From Candidatus Fervidifonticultor quintus (GTDB taxonomy: Bacteria > Sysuimicrobiota > Sysuimicrobiia > Sysuimicrobiales > Humicultoraceae), in NCBI GenBank assembly GCA_031459535.1, contig JAVKIJ010000052.1:1-22451 (forward strand): 22,451 bases of DNA. Reading direction: 5' to 3'. Below the pieces are notes generated by a model that searched no databases, had not been told where the DNA came from, and saw only the letters and a list, made by a program, of their open reading frames with translations. Positions 8,187 through 17,232 of the stretch are shown here, one piece after another (position 1 is the stretch's first letter; the number at the start of each line of letters is the position of its first letter). The translations under genes were made by a program, and so were the position numbers.

Positions 8187-9233
8187 CTGCGCACGACCGC
8201 CGTCGTGGTGGCCCTGTTGCTTGGCGTGGCCGGTTGCCAGGTGCGGCGCGAGCCGGCGCCGGTCGGCGTGGGCTTGCTGCGCGTGACGGAGGTGGCCCGC
8301 GCCACCGATCGCGCGGCGTTGAGCCCGGTTGCCTGGTCGCCGGACGGCCAGCGGTTCGCCTATGGCAGCCGCGACGGCGTCTGGGTCCACGGTGTGGGGG
8401 ACCGCAGCGGCGCACGCATCGCACCCGGCCAGGCGGTCACCGCGGTGGCATGGTCGGCTGATGCCGATGTCCTAGCGTACATTGATCGGGGTGAGCTCTA
8501 CACGGTTCGGCCGGACGGCCGCGAGCGCCGGCACCTGCCGCTGCGCGGCGTCGCCAGCCATCCGCTCTGGGCGCCCAGTGGCGATCGGTTGGCTGTCGTG
8601 GTGCGTACGAGCGGGCCCGGCTCGTCGGGGACGCGGCTATGGCTGGCCAGCCCGGGCGGCGCCACGTTGCGGCAGATCCAGTGGGACACCCGCGGCCGCC
8701 ACATCGGCTCGCTCGGCTGGTATCCCGGGGCGCTGTACCTGTTCGTCGGGCTCGCCTCCGCCGGCGGTGACGTGATCGCGGAGTGGTGGCGCGTCCGTAT
8801 TGCCTACCCCGATTTCCGGCGATTGCCGGGCCCGCAGCAGCGCGTGGTGGAGGCGGTCCCTTCACCCGGCGGGGACTGGGTGGCCTACATCGCGGAGGAG
8901 TCGGGGGGTGAACGCGCGTACGTCATCCGCCAGGACGGCAGCGGTCGGCGCCCGGTCTCGTCACCGGCCCGGAGGATCTCGGGTCTGGCGTGGGCGCCGC
9001 GCGGCGACAAGATCGCCTACGGCGTGTTCGCGGGTGAGGCGCACGCCGAGGTCTACGCCGCGTCGGCGGTCGGCTCCGCCCGCCTGCTGGTCGCCGTCTA
9101 CCGGCCGGAGTTCCCTGACCCTTCTGCCGCGCTGGCGCTGGCGTGGTCACCGGACGAAGCACGGCTGGCCTACGGAACCAACACCGGGGCGCTGGTCGGC
9201 CCGGTGTGGATGGCCCGGTTCGCGCCGCGGTGA
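8187..9233 (+). CDS. TolB/PD40-like beta-propeller protein, probable lipoprotein
   Basis: Seven blade-like repeats: AWSPDGQRFAY, AWSADADVLAY, LWAPSGDRLAV, GWYPGALYLFV, PSPGGDWVAY, AWAPRGDKIAY, AWSPDEARLAY. A hydrophobic leader ends in VAG-C. The start is uncertain (CTG 8187 or GTG 8205). Confidence 0.8.
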   Translation: MRTTAVVVALLLGVAGCQVRREPAPVGVGLLRVTEVARATDRAALSPVAWSPDGQRFAYGSRDGVWVHGVGDRSGARIAPGQAVTAVAWSADADVLAYIDRGELYTVRPDGRERRHLPLRGVASHPLWAPSGDRLAVVVRTSGPGSSGTRLWLASPGGATLRQIQWDTRGRHIGSLGWYPGALYLFVGLASAGGDVIAEWWRVRIAYPDFRRLPGPQQRVVEAVPSPGGDWVAYIAEESGGERAYVIRQDGSGRRPVSSPARRISGLAWAPRGDKIAYGVFAGEAHAEVYAASAVGSARLLVAVYRPEFPDPSAALALAWSPDEARLAYGTNTGALVGPVWMARFAPR

Positions 9234-9262
9234 CGACGGGACGGTCACCGGCCGCTGCGGGG

Positions 9263-9291
9263 TTGACGGTCGTCCTGCGGGCACGAATAAT
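9263..9291 (+). promoter_or_regulatory. Putative sigma70-type promoter TTGACG-N17-AATAAT
   Basis: -35 TTGACG at 9263-9268, 17-bp spacer, -10 AATAAT at 9286-9291. Followed by RBS GGAGG and ATG 9328. Confidence 0.65.
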
Positions 9292-9327
9292 AGAGGGCAG
9301 TTCCGCAGTCGGCTCGGAGGATCGAGC

Positions 9328-9594
9328 ATGCCAGTCTACGAATACCGTTGTGTGCATTGCCGACACACGTTCGAGCGCTACCAGGCCGTGGGCGAGGCGC
9401 CGCCGAAGTGTCCGGTCTGCGGCAACCCGTCGCGCAAGGTCTACTCGTCAGTCGGGCTGATCTTCAAGGGCAGCGGATTCCACACTACCGACTACCGCAA
9501 GCACACCTCCACCGACGGCGAGAAGCCGGCATCGTCCGCCGAGCCGTCGGCGGCGTCGTCCGCTTCGGCCTCCACCCCGGCGTCGAAATCCTAG
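9328..9594 (+). CDS. FmdB family zinc-ribbon protein (CxxC-CxxC)
   Basis: MPVYEYRCVHCRH...CPVCG...GLIFKGSGFHTTDY, a Ser/Ala-rich tail, and a GGAGG RBS. Confidence 0.92.
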   Translation: MPVYEYRCVHCRHTFERYQAVGEAPPKCPVCGNPSRKVYSSVGLIFKGSGFHTTDYRKHTSTDGEKPASSAEPSAASSASASTPASKS

Positions 9595-9626
9595 TCAGAG
9601 GCGGTCCTTCACGCCCGCAGGTCTCG

Positions 9627-11249
9627 ATGGGCCGGTGGACGCTGGCCGCGCTGGTCGTGGGCCTGTTCTTTGCCTCCGGCCCGGTGCACGCGGCCGGCGT
9701 GGCGGCTGTGGAGGTGGCGGCCATCGGGTTCGACGGCCGGGCGCGACTGGGCGCGTGGACGCCGGTGTGGATCGACCTGGTCGCGACCACGGACATCGAC
9801 GCCATAGTGGTCATCGAGGCGCGAGCGCCGACCGGTCAACCGGTGGTGCGCTACGGGGTGCCGGTTCGTGCGGCCGCCGGCGCGCGGATCCGCGTGTTCG
9901 TGCCAGTGGTCTTCCTCGATGCGCGCTACCCGGGGACGGTGGCGATCGAGTCCGGCGCTGCGCGCATGGCCGAGCGGCCGCTCCCACGGCTGCGTGCTGT
10001 CGACGAGTTGGTGGTCGTGCTGTCCGCCGAGCCGCTGGGCATCGAGGCCGCCGCAGCGGCGATCGGCCGGCTCGAAGTGGCGTATGTGAGCCCGGACACG
10101 CTGCCCCCCCTCTGGCAGGCCTACGAGGCGGTCCGGATGCTCGTGGTGCGAGACTTGGATGAGCGGCGCCTCGACGACGCGCAGCGTGCCGCCCTGCGCG
10201 AGTGGGTGTGGACGGGAGGCCGGGTGTTGGTGATGCCATCCGGCGACGACACCCGCCACCTCAGCGGTCCGACGCTGGGGCCGCTGCGGGTCGCAGGCGG
10301 GCGGACCGGTCTGGGGCATGTGATCGAGTGGGCGCACGACCCAGCGGATCCGGCGGTACGCGGTGGCCTCGCGCACGCGCGCGCCTGGGAATCGGTGCTT
10401 GAGGGCGCCCCGCCGCCGGTGCCCCCCAGCCTGGAGCCCGCTGTTCCCACCACCCGGCCCGTCCCCGTGCAGATCCACCTCGTTGCGGGCCTCGTGGTCG
10501 TCTCTTATATCCTGCTCGTTCGCCATCTGAGCCGCAGGCTCGCGTCGTTGCGACCGCTCCCGGTGCTGACCGCGCTGATCGTGGTGGTGGTGGCGACGGT
10601 GGCGGCCGTGCGCCTCTCAGTGCTGGGCCGCCGGTACGCGTCTGGGGTGGCCAGTGCGGTGGAGATCGAGGCCATTCCCGGCACGGGACACGGGCTGTTG
10701 CGTCTGCATGGCCGCGTGGTGTCCTCCCACGCCAGGCCGTTCGTCGTGACGGCAGCGCCAGAGCTGCTGATCCGGCCGTCCCCGCCTGCAGCGGTGACGG
10801 TGATGCACGGCCCTCGGACGGCGCTGCGGGGCCAGGGGGCCGGAGTGCAGTTCGCGGGCACGGCGGTCATACCGTTGCCGGTGTTCGGGACCTATCGGAC
10901 GACAGGCGGGCCGGCCAATGTCACGGTGTTCAATCGCACGGGTCAGCCGTTGGAGGAGCCCTGGGTGTATGCGTCAGGTCGCGTCCAGCGGGCACCGCCC
11001 GTCGGTGCCTGGGCGCAATTCGTCCTGAACGAGCAGCGCTGGCAGTCCGCGGACCGGCTCCAGCGCACCGAGCCCAATCACGCCCTGCTGTTGTGGGCGT
11101 TCTCGCGTCTGGGGAGTGGTGCTATACTCAGGGAAATTCCGGCGTGGCTGGTGGGCTGGTGGCGCGAACCGGCCTGGGCGCTGGCGTGGGATGGTCGTTC
11201 TGAGGCGCCGCTGCAACTGGTCCTCATCCCGCTGTTGGCGTCTCGGTAG
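9627..11249 (+). CDS. Uncharacterised exported/membrane protein of the MoxR-vWA locus (540 aa)
   Basis: Signal-like leader ending VHA-A, then GFDGRARLGAWTPVWIDL, a glutamine-amidotransferase-like segment (LREWVWTGGRVLV), and two internal hydrophobic helices. Confidence 0.8.
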   Translation: MGRWTLAALVVGLFFASGPVHAAGVAAVEVAAIGFDGRARLGAWTPVWIDLVATTDIDAIVVIEARAPTGQPVVRYGVPVRAAAGARIRVFVPVVFLDARYPGTVAIESGAARMAERPLPRLRAVDELVVVLSAEPLGIEAAAAAIGRLEVAYVSPDTLPPLWQAYEAVRMLVVRDLDERRLDDAQRAALREWVWTGGRVLVMPSGDDTRHLSGPTLGPLRVAGGRTGLGHVIEWAHDPADPAVRGGLAHARAWESVLEGAPPPVPPSLEPAVPTTRPVPVQIHLVAGLVVVSYILLVRHLSRRLASLRPLPVLTALIVVVVATVAAVRLSVLGRRYASGVASAVEIEAIPGTGHGLLRLHGRVVSSHARPFVVTAAPELLIRPSPPAAVTVMHGPRTALRGQGAGVQFAGTAVIPLPVFGTYRTTGGPANVTVFNRTGQPLEEPWVYASGRVQRAPPVGAWAQFVLNEQRWQSADRLQRTEPNHALLLWAFSRLGSGAILREIPAWLVGWWREPAWALAWDGRSEAPLQLVLIPLLASR

Positions 11250-11269
11250 CCGCAGGGGAGGTCTGTGGC

Positions 11270-11989
11270 GTGAACCCCGTGGCTCGCGGTGACCTGGCAG
11301 CCCGGCTCGGCTCGCCCCGTGGGCTCCGGCTGCTGACGATCTACCTGACGATCTGCAGCGCGTTCTTGTTCCTCTCGCTGCCGCCGGAGATCGGACGCTT
11401 CGACCTGCGCGATGCGAATCTCTTGCTGGCCGTGCTCGCCGTCCAGGTCGTCGTGGTCACGTATCTCTCGTCGGCAGTCAGCTGCGGGGAACTCTCGGTC
11501 GAGGGCGAGAAGGGCCTGCCCGATCTGGCGCTGTCGGTGTTCCCCGCGTCGGTCATCGCTGCCGGCAAGGCCATCTCCAGCGCCGGATACGCCTTCTACC
11601 TGCTGGCTGTCGCCACGCCGGTCTTCGTGCTCTCCGCGGCCCTGCGTGGCGCGCCGCTGGCGCCCCTCGCGTTGGCCAGCGTGCTCACCTTCAGCGTCTC
11701 GACCGCCGCGGGGATCTGGGGTGCGTACTTCGCGGGCCGGTTCACCTCTGACTTCACCCGCAGCTTCGTCCACTGGGGATTCCTGGCGCTGCTCCTGGGT
11801 GCGACGGCTCTGCTACCATCAGAGTGGTGGATGGCAAACCCGGTGCGCACGATGGACACCCTGGTACGGGAGGGGTGGACGCCGTGGCTGGCCGCCCCGG
11901 TGGCGGGCTACCTGTGCCTGTCCCTCGCGGGCGTCAAGCTCGTGGCCAACTACATCCACCACGCGCGCAGTCACGAGGGGTCGGGATAG
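11270..11989 (+). CDS. ABC-2-like permease / integral membrane protein
   Basis: About six hydrophobic segments. MNPVARGDL and ELSVEGEKGLPDLALSVFPASVIAAGK resemble the E.E.GT..LL.TP......GK pattern of ABC-2/GldF-type permeases. RBS GGGGAGG before GTG 11270. Confidence 0.75.
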   Translation: MNPVARGDLAARLGSPRGLRLLTIYLTICSAFLFLSLPPEIGRFDLRDANLLLAVLAVQVVVVTYLSSAVSCGELSVEGEKGLPDLALSVFPASVIAAGKAISSAGYAFYLLAVATPVFVLSAALRGAPLAPLALASVLTFSVSTAAGIWGAYFAGRFTSDFTRSFVHWGFLALLLGATALLPSEWWMANPVRTMDTLVREGWTPWLAAPVAGYLCLSLAGVKLVANYIHHARSHEGSG

Positions 11990-11991
11990 CG

Positions 11992-13545
11992 GTGGAGCGT
12001 GATCTCCTGCTTCGGGTAATTGAAGACGCGCGGCGGCGCCTGGACGCGCGTCGCGCCTGGCGCTGGGGCGGCCGGGTCGCCGCCGTCGCGGCCGGCGTGG
12101 TACTGGTGCTGGTGTTGCTGCGTCTGGCGGTTCCCCTGGCGCTGCCGTATCCGGCACTGGCCCTGGCAGCCCTGGGCGCAGGTCTGGGCACGGTGGCTGG
12201 TATGCGCGCGTCTCGGCGCACCCCGCCGCTTCTCGCAGCCCAGGTCCTCGACTATCGGTTCGGTGGTGCCGACCGCATTGCCACCGCCATGGAGGTACGT
12301 CTGGGGAGGCACCGGCCCACGATCCTGACGTCTCTCCTGCTCGATGATGCCACGGCCCTGGCCGCCTCGCTGGACCTGCGGCGCCACCTGCCCGCCGGGC
12401 CAGACCGGACGGCCGCGGTGGCCGTGGCGCTGGCGATCGTCGCCGTACTGGCCGCTGGCGCACTCAAGGGACTGTCACTGCCCGGGACTCCGGCGCGCGA
12501 GGTGGCGCGCACCATTCAGCGCGAGGGCCGTCGCCTGGAGCGCGCGGGCCAGACCATGGAAGAGCAGGCCCGGGCGGAGCGCGCGCGCATCGCCCGGCGG
12601 ATGGCGCCCTCGCTGCAGAGGCTCGGTGAGGCGCTGCAGCGCGAGCGCCTCGAGCGCCAGGAGGCCCTGGCGCGCATCGAGTCCCTGGGTCAGATGCTCG
12701 AGGCCGAACGCCGCCAGGTGAGCGCCCGGCGTGAACAACTGGCCGGGGAACAGCGCCGGTCGCCGGGTGATGAACCCTCGGATCTGTTCAAGCAGCGTGT
12801 GGCGACAGACCGCGCGCTGCGGCAGATCCGGGAACTGGCCGACCGCTTGGCTGAGAGCATCTCCCCGGAGGAACGTGAGGCCATCATCCGCCAGCTCGCC
12901 GCGCTCGCCGGCGGCGAGGACGGGGGTGTCCCCACCCGCATCCGCCAGCAGGCCGAGGCCGCTCGCAGGCAGGCCGAGCTGGGCGATACCGCCGGCGCGC
13001 GACGCAGTCTCCAGGGGGTCGCGGGCGACCTCGAGGACCTTCGCGCCATGCTGGCCGACGAGGAAGGTCTGGAGCAGGCGCAGCGCGACCTGCGGCGTTC
13101 CGCAGACCAGATTGCCCGTGGCGCGCCGGGCGCGCCCCAGGACACTGAACAGGCACCCCAGGCCAGCACGCGCCAGGGACCGGCGGCACCTGGCGAGCGT
13201 CCGCCGTCTGAGGGTCAGGGTCCGGAACCCAGCGAAGTGCCGGCCGGTCCCAATCAGGGGACGCTGCCAGGCCAGGGCGCAATTGCCGAGAAGCTCGGTG
13301 CGCGCACCCAGCGGCTGGAGGGCCCCCGCCAGCAGTCGAGGATTCGTGGCCTGCAGGGCGAGGGGCGGGTGGCGACCTCCGAACTGTTGGGTCCTGGTCG
13401 ACCGGGCAGAGTGCGAGCGCCGTCGGGACCCGGCGGGGCTGCCGCGCGCGCTGAAGCCGACCGGTACGTGGCACGCATGCGCGTCCCGCCAGAATACCGC
13501 GAGATCGTCCGTCGTTACTTCGAGGCGCTTGCGGCGTCCCGCTAG
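11992..13545 (+). CDS. Membrane-anchored coiled-coil protein with Gly/Pro/Gln-rich linker (517 aa)
   Basis: Three hydrophobic helices, a long E/R/Q/A/L helical region, a low-complexity linker and C-terminal VPPEYREIVRRYFEAL. GTG lies 2 nt after the upstream stop. Confidence 0.8.
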   Translation: MERDLLLRVIEDARRRLDARRAWRWGGRVAAVAAGVVLVLVLLRLAVPLALPYPALALAALGAGLGTVAGMRASRRTPPLLAAQVLDYRFGGADRIATAMEVRLGRHRPTILTSLLLDDATALAASLDLRRHLPAGPDRTAAVAVALAIVAVLAAGALKGLSLPGTPAREVARTIQREGRRLERAGQTMEEQARAERARIARRMAPSLQRLGEALQRERLERQEALARIESLGQMLEAERRQVSARREQLAGEQRRSPGDEPSDLFKQRVATDRALRQIRELADRLAESISPEEREAIIRQLAALAGGEDGGVPTRIRQQAEAARRQAELGDTAGARRSLQGVAGDLEDLRAMLADEEGLEQAQRDLRRSADQIARGAPGAPQDTEQAPQASTRQGPAAPGERPPSEGQGPEPSEVPAGPNQGTLPGQGAIAEKLGARTQRLEGPRQQSRIRGLQGEGRVATSELLGPGRPGRVRAPSGPGGAAARAEADRYVARMRVPPEYREIVRRYFEALAASR

Positions 13546-13547
13546 CC

Positions 13548-14555
13548 GTGGCCCAGGAGCGCTCCATGGACGTGCAGACGTTTCGTTCGACCATTGCCGC
13601 GATCCGCCGCGAGGTGCAGGCCGTCATCGTCGGCCACGAATCGCTGATCGATCACGTGCTCATCGCGCTGATCGCCAACGGGCACGTGCTGCTGGAGGGT
13701 GTCCCCGGGTTGGGCAAGACGCTCTTGGTGAAGACGCTGGCTCAGTGCCTCGACCTGAGGTACTCCCGGATCCAGTTCACCCCGGATCTCATGCCGGCAG
13801 ACATCATCGGGACCAACGTGGTGATGCAGGACACCGATGGCCGTCGGTACTTCGAATTCCAGCGGGGCCCCGTCTTTTCCCAGATCCTGCTCGCGGACGA
13901 GATCAATCGCGCCACGCCCAAGACGCAGTCAGCCCTGCTGGAAGCCATGCAAGAGCGTCAGGTGTCGGTGTCCGGGACCGTGTACGCGCTGGAGGAACCC
14001 TTCCTGGTGCTGGCGACCCAGAACCCCATCGAGATGGAAGGCACGTATCCGTTACCCGAAGCCCAGGTGGACCGATTCCTCTTCAAGCTCAAAGTGGAGA
14101 CGCCTACGCTCCCGGAGTTGGTCGAAATCATGGAGCGCACATCCGGGCCGGTACTCCCCACACCGGCCGTCGTGGCCGACAGCCTCACCATCCGGGCCAT
14201 GCAGGCGTTTGCGCGAGAAGTGCCGGCTGCAGAGCACGTCAAGCTGTATGCGGCGCGCCTGGTCCGCGCCACCCACCCGCAGGAGAGTGAGGCCAGCTCC
14301 ATGGCCAAGCGTTTCGTCCGGTATGGCAGCAGCCCGCGCGGCGCGCAGGCGCTGCTCGTGGCCGGCAAGGTCCGTGCCCTGATGGAGGGCCGCACCGCCG
14401 TCAGCAGTGAAGATCTCCAGGCCCTCGCCCTGGCTGCCCTGCGGCACCGCGTGCTGCTCAACTTTGAAGGAGAGGCCGAGGGTGTCGATCCCGACGAGAT
14501 CATCAAGAGCATCGTCGCCGAGATCCCGCCGACGCCGGCCGCCGCCGTCACATGA
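13548..14555 (+). CDS. moxR: MoxR family AAA+ ATPase
   Basis: Walker A GVPGLGKT, RIQFTPDLMPADI, Walker B LLADEINRATPKTQSALLEAM, ATQNPIEMEGTYPLPEAQVDRF, SPRG. Alternative start ATG 13566. Confidence 0.97.
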   Translation: MAQERSMDVQTFRSTIAAIRREVQAVIVGHESLIDHVLIALIANGHVLLEGVPGLGKTLLVKTLAQCLDLRYSRIQFTPDLMPADIIGTNVVMQDTDGRRYFEFQRGPVFSQILLADEINRATPKTQSALLEAMQERQVSVSGTVYALEEPFLVLATQNPIEMEGTYPLPEAQVDRFLFKLKVETPTLPELVEIMERTSGPVLPTPAVVADSLTIRAMQAFAREVPAAEHVKLYAARLVRATHPQESEASSMAKRFVRYGSSPRGAQALLVAGKVRALMEGRTAVSSEDLQALALAALRHRVLLNFEGEAEGVDPDEIIKSIVAEIPPTPAAAVT

Positions 14556-15445
14556 CCGTCGCCACGCGCCCGCTGCTCTTTGAGCCGGAGTTCCTCAGCA
14601 AGCTGGAACAGCTCTCTCTCCTCTCGCACCGGCTCTACCGCAGCGGCTTCCGCGGGGAGCGGCGCAGCAACACCCTGGGCCGCGGTGTGGAGTTCGCCGA
14701 CCATCGCTCCTACCACATCGGCGACGACTACCGGTACATCGACTGGCACATCTACTCCCGGCTCGACCGACTGTTCGTCAAGCTGTTTAGCGAGGAGGAG
14801 GACGTCACGGTTCACCTCTTCGTGGACGCCAGTCGTTCCATGGGGTGGGGCGAGCCGTCGAAACTGGACTACGCGGTGCGCGTGGCGGCGGCGCTGGGCT
14901 ACATCGGGCTGGCCAACCTCGATCGCGTCGGCGCGGTGATCGCCTCGGATCGCGTCAGGCGCATGCTGGCCCCACTACGCGGCCGCCCGGGTGTCTTCCG
15001 GCTCTTCCACTTCCTCAGCGAGGCCGTCCCCGAAGGCGGCAGCGACCTAGTGGCGGCCCTGCGCGAGTACAGCCTCCGCACCCATCGTCGCGGCGTCCTG
15101 GTGATGATCTCGGACCTGATGCTGCCCGAGGGCATCAGCGCAGGCCTGCGCTTCGCCCGGGCGCGCCGCTTCGAGCCCTTCGTCATCCACCTGCTCAGCG
15201 ATGAGGAACTCGCCCCCCCATTGGCCGGCGATCTGCGCCTGGTGGACAGCGAGACCGGCGCGGCGGTGGAGGTGACGGCCGACGCCGCAACGGCGTCTGG
15301 CTATGCCCGGGCGCGCGACCGGTACTTCGCCGAAGTGGAACAGGCCTGCCTACGGTACGAGGTCGAGTACCTGCGCGCGGCCACATCCATCCCGTTTGAG
15401 GACTTGATCTTGCGGTACCTGAGGGCCGGGGGGCTGATCGCCTGA
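14552..15445 (+). CDS. DUF58 domain protein (vWA-like MoxR partner)
   Basis: GVEFADHRSYHIGDDYRYIDW, MIDAS-like DASRSM, ISDL, LVDSETG. ATGA overlap with moxR. Confidence 0.94.
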   Translation: MTVATRPLLFEPEFLSKLEQLSLLSHRLYRSGFRGERRSNTLGRGVEFADHRSYHIGDDYRYIDWHIYSRLDRLFVKLFSEEEDVTVHLFVDASRSMGWGEPSKLDYAVRVAAALGYIGLANLDRVGAVIASDRVRRMLAPLRGRPGVFRLFHFLSEAVPEGGSDLVAALREYSLRTHRRGVLVMISDLMLPEGISAGLRFARARRFEPFVIHLLSDEELAPPLAGDLRLVDSETGAAVEVTADAATASGYARARDRYFAEVEQACLRYEVEYLRAATSIPFEDLILRYLRAGGLIA

Positions 15446-17232
15446 TGATTCTCGGCAACCCGGGGGCCCTGTGGTGGTTGCTGCTGATTCCGCTGGTGGT
15501 GCTGCTCTATATGCTGCGCGCGCGGCGGGAGTCCAGGCTTGTGCCCAGCACGTTGCTCTGGGAGCGGGCCGTGCGGGACTTGGTGGCCCGGATGCCGGTC
15601 CGCCGTCTGGAGCGCAGCCTGCTCCTGCTGCTGCAGATCCTGGCCATCGCAGTGCTGGCGTTGGCGCTGGCTCGGCCGTCGGTGATGGTACCTGGGCTGG
15701 CCGGGGACGCGGTCGTGCTCGTCATTCGTACGACGGCCAGCATGCAGGCCACAGACGTGGCCCCCTCGCGCCTAGCGGCGGCCAAGCGCCAGGCGCGGGA
15801 CCTACTGGCCCACCTGGGACCGAGGCAGCCAGCGGCCCTGGTGGCGGCTGGCGCGGCCCCGGCGCTCGTGCGCGACTTCACCGTCGAGCGGGGGAGCCTG
15901 GTCTTGGCGGTGGAAGCGCTCCGCGCAACCGACGCGGGCGGAGCGCTCGACGATGCCGTCGCGCTGGCGTCCAGCCTGCGGGTGGACGGGAGGCCTGGGC
16001 GCGTCCACGTGTTCTCTGACCGCGCCCCCGCCGACAGGCGGGCCACGTGGCATCCCGTCGGCCGGGGCGCGCCCAACATGGCCATCAGCTGGGCCATCGC
16101 GAGCCCCGTCGCCAGCGGTGGCACCCGGCTGCTCGTGCGCGTTCAGACCTTCGGTGGGGCCGTACCTGCTCGCACCCTGCGGGTCGCCATCAACGGCCGC
16201 GCGCTGGCGGCGCGCCGGGTGCAGCCGGCGCCCGGGGAGGCGCAGGTGGCAGTCTTCGACCTGGGCCGCGCCACGGGCCTGGTCACGGCGTGGCTCGAGG
16301 GTCAAGACGCCCTGCCCGCAGACGACCGGGCCGTTGTGGCTGTCGGACGGGGGTTCCTGCCCGGCGTACTCGTCGTCGGCGGGCCGAATCCGGTCCTCGA
16401 CGCCGTGTGGCAGGCTGTGCCCGTCCGCGCGGTGACCCGGGCGGATCGCGCGGCACCCGCCGAATGGGGTCGGCACGACCTAGTGGTCCTCGACAGCGTG
16501 GAGCCCCTGACCTTGCCGCCGGGAGCCTACCTGCTCATCAACACGCTCGGGGAGAACCTGCCCGTTCAGATCGAAGGGGCTGTTCGGGACCAGGTGATCC
16601 GTGCGGTGGCCGCTACCCATCCGGTGATGCGCCTGGCCGATCTGCGCGGAGTCCGCATCACAGAGGCGCTGTCCTTGCGCCTCCAGGGGGGAGAGGCGCT
16701 GGCCGAAGACGGCGTCCCCCTGGTCTGGGCGTATGAGGGCCGCGGCATCCGCGCTGTGCTGCTGCCGTTTGCGCTCGACCAGACCGACCTGCCCTTCCAC
16801 CCCGGGTTCCCCGTGCTGGTCGCAAACGCGTTGGCGTGGTTGGCCGGGGGACCGGAGTTGCCGGCCGGCAGCGCGCCGGTCCTTGCGGCCGGGCCGCGGC
16901 AGACCGCGGTGCTGCTCGACCCTGCCGGCACGGCGACGCGACTTGCGGCCCGCAACGGCCTCTTCATGCTGCCCCCCCTCGACCGTGTGGGGCTGTGGCG
17001 GTTGCGCACAGACGGCTGGGAGCGCCGGTGGGTGGTGTCCACTGTGGACGGTCAGGAGTCGGATCTGCGCGTGCCAGATGCGCCGGCTGGGTCGATTCCC
17101 GACGCGCCCCAGTCGGCGGCGCTCTCGCTGGTACCATGGTTGCTCGGGCTCGGCGCCCTCATGCTGGCGGGCGAGTGGTTGCTGTGGGCCAGGACGCTGC
17201 CGCCCGACCACGGCCGGAGGGGGCGGCCGTGA
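15445..17232 (+). CDS. BatA N-terminal double-TM + vWA domain membrane protein
   Basis: BatA-type N-terminus (P.ALWWLLLIPLVVLLYML...VPSTLLW...LLLLQ...ALARP), vWA region (ASMQATDVAPSRLAAAK...VFSD), and a C-terminal TM helix with EW. TGATG overlap. Confidence 0.9.
   Translation: MILGNPGALWWLLLIPLVVLLYMLRARRESRLVPSTLLWERAVRDLVARMPVRRLERSLLLLLQILAIAVLALALARPSVMVPGLAGDAVVLVIRTTASMQATDVAPSRLAAAKRQARDLLAHLGPRQPAALVAAGAAPALVRDFTVERGSLVLAVEALRATDAGGALDDAVALASSLRVDGRPGRVHVFSDRAPADRRATWHPVGRGAPNMAISWAIASPVASGGTRLLVRVQTFGGAVPARTLRVAINGRALAARRVQPAPGEAQVAVFDLGRATGLVTAWLEGQDALPADDRAVVAVGRGFLPGVLVVGGPNPVLDAVWQAVPVRAVTRADRAAPAEWGRHDLVVLDSVEPLTLPPGAYLLINTLGENLPVQIEGAVRDQVIRAVAATHPVMRLADLRGVRITEALSLRLQGGEALAEDGVPLVWAYEGRGIRAVLLPFALDQTDLPFHPGFPVLVANALAWLAGGPELPAGSAPVLAAGPRQTAVLLDPAGTATRLAARNGLFMLPPLDRVGLWRLRTDGWERRWVVSTVDGQESDLRVPDAPAGSIPDAPQSAALSLVPWLLGLGALMLAGEWLLWARTLPPDHGRRGRP

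Noticed and set aside
9520-9594. Repeated GCGTCGTCCGC-like units
   Set aside because: Explained by the Ser/Ala-rich coding tail of the FmdB protein; not an array.
12731-14290. 519-aa alternative-frame + strand ORF
   Set aside because: Overlaps well-supported genes. Its R/P/A/G-rich composition is typical of off-frame GC-rich sequence.
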